64,000 bases of DNA from Monocercomonoides exilis PA203. Lineage: Eukaryota > Protista > Preaxostyla. Below the pieces are notes generated by a model. It was not told the origin of the DNA. It saw nothing but the letters and a program-made list of their open reading frames with translations, and made no database searches. Of this stretch, positions 1 through 9,425 are shown piece after piece (positions within the stretch are counted from its first letter, which is position 1; every line of letters starts with the position of its first letter). A program made the translations under genes and the position numbers. The stretch is from positions 744,001 to 808,000 of the forward strand of contig LSRY02000020.1 of NCBI GenBank assembly GCA_001643675.2. Direction: 5' to 3'.

Positions 1-314
1 CATTGTGGAAACCTGAAAAAAAGGTGCATCAATTCATAAATTAAAGATCAATCAAACATCAAAAAAGAAATATATTCCGGTCTTTTCCAATATTGTAAAT
101 ATTCCAGATAACGTATAAAAGCTGGATTTTCAAAAGTCTTTTGTTGAGCTAACCCTGAAATATTTTAAATTACAAAATATAAAAAGAATTGATCTCTTTT
201 TTAAAAAAGAGTAAATTATCAAATCAAACAAGTTAAATAGTCAGGATTTGCTAGACATTGAACAAAATCCATTTCTGCTTCAAATCTTATTTTGTCTATA
301 TTAAGCTCTTCCAT
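1..314 (-). CDS. MED31: Mediator complex subunit 31 (Soh1), 5' part; runs off the window edge
   Basis: Exons 314-230, 154-58 and 12-<1 joined across GT-AG introns give MEELNIDKIRFEAEMDFVQCLANPDYLTWLAQQKTFENPAFIRYLEYLQYWKRPEYISFLMFPQ, the MED31 pattern RFxxExxFVQCLANPxYL..LAQ...F..YL.YL.YWK.PEY. Confidence 0.95.
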
Positions 315-442
315 TTTTGCATTCAAACAAAAAATATAATGGTAATCACAATTACAAAACATGTTAATTGAAAAGACAAATTGAAAAAGAATTATGAAGT
401 GTTTAACTTTTATATAAACAAAAAATAAAATGTTTACAAAAT

Positions 443-3140
443 TCAACTCATTTCTTCATAGCTTTCTCCTTTAAGATCTGTATTTTCTGTTTCTTGAATA
501 TCATCTTGAACATCTTCATCACCAATCTTCTGCATGTGATCTTCTTCTATTTCATCAATCGGCTCATCCATCATTTCCATCCTTCGCCTGCTGCTGTTAA
601 GAGCCTCGTTATCTCCACTTGATTCAAATCCTTCTGTCTTTGGCTGCATTTGCCCCTTCAGCGAGCGCATCAGCTCTTCCATTTTCTCCTTTCCGGCAAC
701 AATTCCCATTCCGACTTTCGCCGCGTTGGCTCCTCTGATATCTCCGCTGTCCAGTGCCACTTTCCTTGCCAGGTTGTATTTCACCTCTGCATCCTTCGTC
801 TTCCCTTCCACCGAGTCCAGCTGTGCCAGCATCTGCAGCGTGGCTGCTGTATTTGTGGCTAACTGTGTTCCTTTCAGTTGTAACGACAGCTGCAGCTGCC
901 TGTCAAGACACGGCCGGAGAATAGCGGCAGGCATCCCGGGGTCCTCTCCGTCTGCCCCGCCTTCCTCCTCGCGGTGGCGCATCAGATAGTCTTCAATCTG
1001 TGTCAGCATCCCCAACGTCCGCAGCTCGTCCTCGTTGCTGATGGTGCGCCTCTTAGTCTGCATGGCTTCTCCTGCCCTCTTCTTCGAGCTGCCCAGCACT
1101 CCTTCTCCGCTCTCGTCTCCTCCTTCTTCTTCTCCCTCAGCACTGTCTGCGATGTCTTCGGTCTCGACAAGCTCGCCGAGCGCCTTCTGAAGATACAAAG
1201 AGGCTGTCTCGTACTCTCCCAGCGTCGCATGGATGAGTCCGAGATTGGAGAGTGCAATGAAGCGATCGCGTGATTTGAAGGAGAAAGAAGATAATGGTGC
1301 AGCTGAAACATAGAAAGAAGTATTGTTGCATAGTCGGTTTTTGATGAGAAGGGGAAAGATAGTGTTAAAAATATATATACAGTTAAAATATTTTATTGAA
1401 AATAACAAAATAAGAATAATTAAATGGAAAAAGGAATAGCAAATCAAATCGCAAACAAAATAGAAAAATAAAAAATTAAATTAAATTTTCCAATATTAAT
1501 AGAAGTTATAAAAAAAAAAAGAAAGATATTTTTGAAAAGAGATCGTTGTAGCCACACCATATTGACCATCGTCTGCGCCATTTGGCAAAGGAGGTGTAGA
1601 GACAAGTGAATGATGACGCTCGTAGCAATCAAGCGCCTTTTGAAGTGATTCTGGTGTTGACAAGAAAAAGTATGCATTGCCCAGCGCATTCAACGCAAGT
1701 GCCTGTAAAAAGAAGAAGAAAATAGTCAATTTTATGAAATGTGTTGGTATTTCATTGAAGATCAACAGATATTTCAAAAAAATTGAAAAATTATAAATTG
1801 AATAAGAATAAGTCACAAAATCAATTCCTGCATGCCTCTCCCTGCTGATCGCAAAGCCGCCGGCTGAGGAGGCAAAGTCTTTCGTAGCACGGGATGCTCT
1901 TCTTGTACATCGCCTCGTTGTCGTACAATATCCCCAGGCCAAACAGAGACGCAGCTTCCGAGCGCGACTCGCCCAGCCGCCGGGTCGTCTCAGCCAAGAA
2001 CGAGTAGTCCTTGATGGTGCCTTGAGTGGTGGCTGCGTGTGATGCACTTGACAGCTGCTGAGACATCGCTCCAGACGTTGATGTCGACGTCGACGTGCCT
2101 GACAGATCCTTCTTCTGCGTCGACCCAGCCAGATCGCCTGTCAGCATAGTGGCAAGCCTATCAACCTCGCGACCTTTCTGCTTTCCACTCCCTCCGAAGT
2201 CTCGTTCTGTCATCTTTTCAACACTTTTCTCGTTTCTGCTTTGACTGTCCGAGCTGCTCCCTTTTCTCTTCTTTTCTCGGACAACATGCGGATCCATCCT
2301 CTTTGGCGCCTGCAGTGGCGTTCCTGTTGTAGCAAAGAACTCTGCATAGTCAACATACATCGGCTCAGGAAAAGATGCAATGGGCCTTGGCCTTGAACGA
2401 GATGGAATCAGCATCTCCTTTAGCCTTGCTGCTGTTGAATTTGGATTTGCGGATCCTGTAGCTGATGACCCTGGAGTATCATCGCTATCCTCACCAGTAA
2501 ATTTAGATGGTGGAGGCAAACTAGCAAATGCCCCTTGTTTCGTTTTTGATGAAGTAGAAGTTGATAAATAATTTGTTGTCGATTGTGGAAGGCCAAGCTT
2601 TTGAGTGAATGATCGATCCGTTATTGCAGGAGAAGTTGCATTTCCGGCTGTTAGCGTTCGATCTCGTTCGATTCTTTTTTGTTGCTTAACTATTTCGTTT
2701 TGAACAGAAGGTTGACTGGCTGCAGCCAAAAATGCAGGAGAATATAAAGCATTTGGTGGGATTTCATTAGGTAGTTTTGGTGTATTATCAACAACTGGAG
2801 GAGCTCGTGAGTGAACAGCTTCTTCCACAGAAACAGGTTTCGTTGAAGAAGCAGAACCTTGCGCTCTAATCATTTTCCCTGTTTCGACCATCATTTCTTT
2901 TTGTGTCAAAAAAAGTTTTTGACGAAATAAGAGTCCACTTTCAGTTTCTTTGATTTTTTTCTGCTTTGAGGTCGCGATTGACGGTGGTGGAACAGCTTGA
3001 GTTGGAGCTGAAACGTTTGTTGGATGTGTCGCAACCAAAGAAGATGCAGGTACGACCGAACCTTGACCTTGTTGAAAGCTGGAAAGCATTCTTTTAACAG
3101 GTGTTTTGTCAAATTTAACCTCTGAATGAGGTTGGATCAT
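443..3140 (-). CDS. Tetratricopeptide-repeat protein with a long low-complexity N-terminus (3 exons)
   Basis: ORFs 1821-3140, 1496-2047 (3' part) and 443-1447 splice into consecutive TPR-like units: EAASLFGLGILYDNEAMYKKSIPCYER, GEALALNALGNAYFFL..LQKALDCYER, IALSNLGLIHATLGEYETASLYLQKAL. The first intron (1835-1703) needs a GC donor. Confidence 0.8.
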
Positions 3141-4467
3141 CTTATAAGTTTTTGTTTTACTTCCTTTTGTTAAAACAAGCTAATTTATCAAAAAGAGATA
3201 GAAAATATTATTTTGAATGATATCTTTAAATGATATTATCTAATACCTCTGATGACATAAGGAAAAAAATAAAACAAAAAACTGCTTGACCTTAATATTA
3301 ATTATCTCACGATCAAATTTGCTTTCTAAAAAGGAAGTGTTGAAATTTTTCATTAAATTAATAAATGTCAACAAAACTTATACAAAAGTGTAACAATCAT
3401 TTTTTATATAAATAATTTATTACTGGGAAAGAACAAATATTCATATTTTATAAAAATATTTTTATTTAAAAATATCAAAATTTCAATCCTTACTCAACAG
3501 TATTAACATTTTTTCAAAAATAACTTTGCGGGAATATTATTATAATGATTTTCTTCCAACGAACGAAAAATTATGTTCCTTCAATCATTTATTTTTAAAA
3601 AATTGAAAAATGAAAAATATTTCCTATCATAAATATGGAAAAATATCAGACATATTTTGAATTTGCAAAAAATGTGATGCGAAACTTATATGACGTGATG
3701 AAATTTCTGTTTCGACGTACTCTAGTTATGCATTTCTGCTACATTATTTTATTTTTTTAATGATTGAAATTTTTATAAATCGAGGACTTTTTCATTCATC
3801 CTGCAAACATAACACTTGAAAACATCTAAAAAAAGATTCATTAATTTTTTTGGTTATTTTGTTCTAATTCATACAAATATCATTTCAGTTTCATGAGTGA
3901 AAGAACAGTTTCAGCTTGATAAGATGATTTTCTCTTCATTTTTTAAAACACAATTACAAAAACAAATTGAAGATAAAAACGTTGAGCACAATAATAATAA
4001 GATTGGATCGCTTGCTCTAAAAAATAAATTCTTTTTGTCACATCAATTTGTGAAAAACCATTTCTTATTGTTTTTCCAGTTTTTCTTTGTTGACTGTCAT
4101 TTTTATGGATTTTCATGACGCACATAAATGTTATAGTATTATCAATCAACGCGATGAAAGCTATTAACTCATTGTTTGCATTGCAGTTTCCAATTTTTTT
4201 GTGAAATTTCTGTTCATTCAATGTTGATTAAATATTAGAAAGAGTTTATTTTGTTCTAATTTCTTGTATAAATTGTTTTATCATATTTCAATAATATTTC
4301 AATTCCAACTGATAAAAATATACAAGAAGGGAAATTACAAAAAACAATTGTAAAGTCAGTAATAATAACCATATTTTTTAAAACTTTTCTTTTCGTTATT
4401 TTATTGAGTGTTTATTTTTGATAACATATTTTTTCTTTTTTAGATTTTCGTTCAAAAATATCCCTGA

Positions 4468-4922
4468 ATATGGGTGATTATTTTTGAAATCATAACTTTT
4501 TTCGGGGAGTTTTTTTTTAAATATTGTATGTATTTGAGAAGAAATTTTGTGTTCAAATGCAAAATTCATCATGACTGGTTTAATAACTATTTTTTCTGCA
4601 CTTATAAAGAGGCTGATGTCTATTATTTGTCTTTTCATTTTTCAGTGTTCTTTTTTTGATATTCGAGGGAAATTTACGAACCGAAAATTTTGATAGAAGA
4701 AATATGCATTCAAAAATTATCACCCATATCAACAAAAGAATACAAAAAAATAAAAAGGCTTATTCAAGACATCTATATCTCAAATTTAGCTTTTGCACAT
4801 GTCTTTAAACGGCTTGTGTTAAATTTTCTGTTTGCATACATAATCTCTTCTCAATGACGAACAACCTTTGAAAAATGAACGTCCCAAAAAAAAGTTTTGA
4901 TATCAAAGATAATCACCAAAAT
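4468..4922. repeat. Decayed inverted repeat (arms about 4468-4662 and 4726-4922)
   Basis: Three blocks pair about one axis (coordinate sum about 9388): ATATGGGTGATTATTTTTGAAATCATAACTTTT with 4888-4922, TTGAGAAGAAATTTTGTG with about 4836-4853, and GATGTCT...TTGATAT (4615-4662) with 4726-4773. Many mismatches. Confidence 0.65.
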
Positions 4923-4997
4923 GTGTCGAGAAACTTGATTTTCATTGTCCCGAAGTATATTCTATTCAATTTCTCAAAAATAAACAAACAAACAAAC

Positions 4998-5403
4998 AAA
5001 TACAGTTTGTGCAAAAAATACCGGACATCGCAAAAAATACCGGACAAGATCGATATCTCAATAACAGCAAGAAGAAAAATTCTGATAATTTTCCTCAATA
5101 TACATCTCGTCTACACAAACTCATGTGCCATACCAGACTTATAAAATCGCCTCATTCGTACTCAGAGAAAATTATTTTTAATATTTCGGAGAAATAGGAT
5201 TTCAAGTTTCTCCGAAATATTAAAAATAATTTTCTCTGAGTACGAATGAGGCGATTTTATAAGTCTGGTATGGCACATGAGTTTGTGTAGACGAGATGTA
5301 TATTGAGGAAAATTATCAGAATTTTTCTTCTTGCTGTTATTGAGATATCGATCTTGTCCGGTATTTTTTGCGATGTCCGGTATTTTTTGCACAAACTGTA
5401 TTT
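4998..5403. repeat. Long perfect palindrome P1: 197-bp arms (4998-5194, 5207-5403) with 12-nt spacer TAGGATTTCAAG
   Basis: Arms are reverse complements by inspection, and the ORF track gives identical peptides on both strands. Each arm carries a tandem duplication of GCAAAAAATACCGGACA. Confidence 0.95.
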
Positions 5404-5503
5404 CAAAAAATAAAATAAAACAAATGAAAACGAAAGCATCCAAAAACTTTAAAAACCACTTCGGAAAAGATTTATTGATGGCATATGAAATAACAGTTTT
5501 TTT

Positions 5504-5546
5504 ACACTTTGTCATTAACCGTCACTGACGATCAATGACAAAATGT
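5504..5546. repeat. Short imperfect palindrome
   Basis: TTTGTCATT (5508-5516) pairs with AATGACAAA (5534-5542), and CGTCA pairs with TGACG around C5525. Confidence 0.6.
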
Positions 5547-6447
5547 GACAAAAGTTATTTTAATTGACATTTCCAGTCAAAAAAAATATTTGTGGGGAGC
5601 CTAATTGTCAAAATTGAATATCAGATATTTTGAAAGAATCATTTATTGTTTAATGTTGATTCATCGACAATAAAATGCAAAATTTTTGCTATTCTGAAAT
5701 ATACCGAGATTCATTCCAAACTTTTTTAGCAATCATATCGATTTCAATCAACCGGTAAGATGAATCAAATTACAGAAAATTTCAAAAATTGAGAAAAAAG
5801 TAAGAAAATATCGAATGGAACAAAATTCTAAAAGAAAAATATTTTGTCATATATTTTTGCCTTTTCAAAAACCGAGGAAACGATAAAATAATTCAATTTT
5901 AAACAAATCTTCAAAATATTCTCAGTCATTTTGTCATTGTTTCAATTTTCTTTTTTCATGTCACAGAGGTTCAAAAATTATGGAAGAAACTTTTTTTTTT
6001 TTTTTTATTTTTATACCCATATAAAACGAAAATTTTTGTTTTTGGTATTTTTTCCACACAATCCTTTCAAAATATTTTCGAAACTTTTAAATATTTCTCT
6101 TTTTTATTTTTCTCTTTTTTAACGAAAATGTCCAAATTTTTATCTTTCTTTGCAGAAAAAGTTTGGAATAAATCATTAATTTTTTCATAAATGAAAGAAT
6201 TCTTTCTCGTATTTGAAAAAAAAATTAAATAACATTTTTTCTACTCAAAAATTTCTCTTGAAACTATAAAAAAAAGTAATTTCGCTTAATGAAATCCAAA
6301 AACAATTTTTTCCAAACTCAAAAATAAAGAAAAAAATAAAAAATAAACCCAAAAAATTTTATAGATAAACCGAAAAAGGATAGAATACTCATGATTTTGA
6401 CCAACACAAAATCATGATCTGAAACAATGACTATTACTTGCAATCTT

Positions 6448-8788
6448 TTACTGGTACAATTCCTTCATTCTTTTCCATTCAGCAATGAGCTCATCCAATT
6501 TCTTAACTACTGGCTTCTCTTTCTCTGGGGGATCTCTCGTTCTCACGGCAACCGTGCCATCTTCCATTTCCATATTTCCAACAACAAGAATGTAGTTGAA
6601 CTGCTGCATTTGTGCGTTTCTCACTTTTGCTCCCAATTTGTCAGTGGATGTGTCCTTTTCGACTGTAAATCCATGAATGTGTCTGAGGGTGTCATAGACT
6701 TTATCAGCATACTCCTCCTGTTGTGGTCCAATGTTGATCACAATAGCCTGGCGTGGAGACAACCAGAACGGCCACTTCTTGTTGAAATGCTCTGTGATGA
6801 TGGCAATGAATCGCTCAAATGAACCCAAAATGGCTCTGTGGATCATCACTGGGCGGCCGTAGAAGTTTTCGTCGTATGGCTGCTCCACAAAGTTGTCGCC
6901 TTGTTCAGATGGACCGCTTGGAGTGGCTGATGATGCTGATGCTGACGGTGTTGTTGAAGACGAGGCTGGCTCTTCGTGCGGAGCAGAAGATTCTGCTGGA
7001 GCTTTGATTGCTTCTTTATCCTCCTCTTTCTTTTCTTCCTTCGATTCTGATGAAGACGAAAGAGATGCTGCTGCTTTCTTTTGGTAGAGCAAATTGAATC
7101 TCCGAGGTAGTTGGAAGTCCAGCTGTATAGTTGCGCACTGAATCTTGCGGGCGAGCGAGTCGTGCAAATACACGTCAATCTTTGGTCCATAAAATGCACC
7201 GCCTCCAACATCAACTTCAAATGGAACACCACTTTCTTTCAAAATGCGCTCCAATTCCTGTTTTAAGCGAGATAAAATAAAATAAAATAAAATAAAATTA
7301 AAAATAAGTTCTAATACATAGAAATAAAATTCAAACCGCTTCAGCCTGGTTCCACTGTTCAAGATCTCCAATGTATTTCTTAGGACGAGTTGAGAGGCAA
7401 AGGGAATGCTTCAGTCCAAAGATGGTGTATGTCTCTGCCATCATACGCAAGCATCCTTTCAGTTCATCTCCAACCTATGACATTCATAGTATTTTGAATT
7501 AAAAAAATGATTAGGATACAATGATAAAGAAAATATTAGGATTTGTCTTTGACATTAAAATAAAAACAAGCATACGTCTTCAGGCTTGCAGAAAATGTGA
7601 GCATCGTCCTGAGTGAATCTCCTAACACGAGTAAGTCCATGGAGGGTTCCGCTCAGTTCATTTCTGTGGCAGCATCCAAATTCTGCCATTCGCATTGGCA
7701 GATCTCTGTAGGATCTTGAAGCGTGCTTGTAAATAAGGCAATGTCCTGGGCAATTCATGGGTTTTATTCCAAGTGTACGCTTCTCGCTTTCCAGCACAAA
7801 GATGTTTTCCTTGTACTTTGTCCAATGGCCGGAGGTCTCCCACATCGCTTTGTCAAACATTTGAGGAGTCATAACTTCAATGTATCTGAATTCTCTCTGT
7901 TTCCTTCTCATGAGCTCTTGAAGAGTTGTGTATATGTGTGTCCCATTGGGAAGGAAAAATCCAGACCCTGGTGAAAGTTCGTGGAAGAAATATAAATCTT
8001 GTTCCTATAAATGATTATGGATGATTTTAGGTGTTTAACATTTCATAATGATTTAAATGAGCAGAACAACACACTCTTCCAATTTTAGTATGTTCCCTAT
8101 CTGCAGCCGTCTGAAGTTTCTTCCAATCCTCAAACTGATCGTTTGTTTCGAAGCACACACCATAAATACGCTGAACTTGTTCTTCTTCTTTTTCAAAAGT
8201 TGGGAAAGTTGCGCTTGTAACCTTCACAAGTTTGAAGAACTGGCATTTCCCTGTATTTTCAACATGGGGTCCACGGCACAGATCCTCAAACTTACCGCAT
8301 TTGTAAGTCGTTCCATTTTCGCTTTTTTCTTTGATTCCATTAAGAAGATATTGCTTAAATGGATTTCTTTTAAAAATGTCTTTCAATTTGTCGATAGAAT
8401 ATTCCTTTCTTTCAAATGGATACACTTTTTCAACAATTTCTTGCATTTTTGTTTCGAGTTGTGCCAATTGCTCATTTCCGATTGTTACTGGTCTGGAGAG
8501 AAAGAAAACAAAATATGATCATAATGAAAGTTTCAAATTATTCAAGCCTGTTCTTTTTATCAAGTATTTCTCCTTCATAAAAGAACTGGTTGCCCTTTAA
8601 AGCGGGTCCTAAAGGTACAGTTCATAAATAATAAAATACTCAGAAAAAACAATACCATATGCCAAATGAGTGTTTGGGAAGAGGTCGCAAATTGCATAAC
8701 CCAAAACATGAGCGCAGCTATGACACAAGCGCATGCTTGAATCTTCTCCATCACAATCAGTTTCAAAAGATTCATGAGGTTCTGTCAT
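6448..8788 (-). CDS. TARS1: Threonyl-tRNA synthetase, cytosolic type (6 exons)
   Basis: Editing motifs HSCAHVLG and DLCRGPH; catalytic WETSGHW, KPMNCPGHC, GLTRVRRFTQDDAHIFC, GAFYGPKID, QCATIQLDFQLP, PVMIHRAILGSFERF; anticodon domain WPFWLSPRQ. Introns 8655-8609, 8547-8493, 8074-8005, 7575-7475 and 7336-7258. The start codon at 8788 is the least certain part. Confidence 0.95.
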
Positions 8789-9425
8789 TTAAAAGCTTCG
8801 CTTTTTGATCTACTCCATCATATGCTTTTAAACATTGAAATTTTGGATAATGTTGTTAAAGTTTATTATGGTACATTCGTTTTTTTTGATAATTATTTTT
8901 TTTTTTTTCGACTTTTAAAATTTCAAATCGTGTGATTGGAAGAATATTTTTTGACACGAATTATAAAACAATAACTTTTAACTTTTTTCAAAAAGAGAAC
9001 GTCCTTCATCAATCAGTTTTGCAATAGATTGCAAAAGCAGCGAGGAGGCAAACATTTTTAGAGAACAATTTGAATAACTTGAAAGAATGAGTGACCATCA
9101 ATTAAAACAAATTTCATTTTTGACATAATTTTAAAAATTGTGAAATGAAAGATAATAAAGCATTTGCGAGTATGTCAAAAGAAAATAGCAACATAAATAA
9201 ACTGATACAGAATTTTATAAAAGGAAGACTGATTGACATAAAAAAATATAATAAATTTATTAACATAGTTAAAAAAAAGTATAAAACTAATTTGAATAAT
9301 AAAGAGAAAGAAATAGAGGCATTCTTACTATTTCCCCGATTTACCGTCAAAGTTCCTAAATTCTTCATTCTCAGGTCAGTTGCGAAACAAACTTTCAGAG
9401 CAAGATTTGTAAGCTAAGTGGATCA

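Noticed and set aside
5011-5047. Tandem GCAAAAAATACCGGACA repeat as CRISPR-like or iteron array
   Set aside because: Only two adjacent copies, no spacers, and a eukaryotic context.
4875-5528. Short ORFs on both strands within P1
   Set aside because: They are mirror products of the palindrome, with AT-biased composition and no protein motif.
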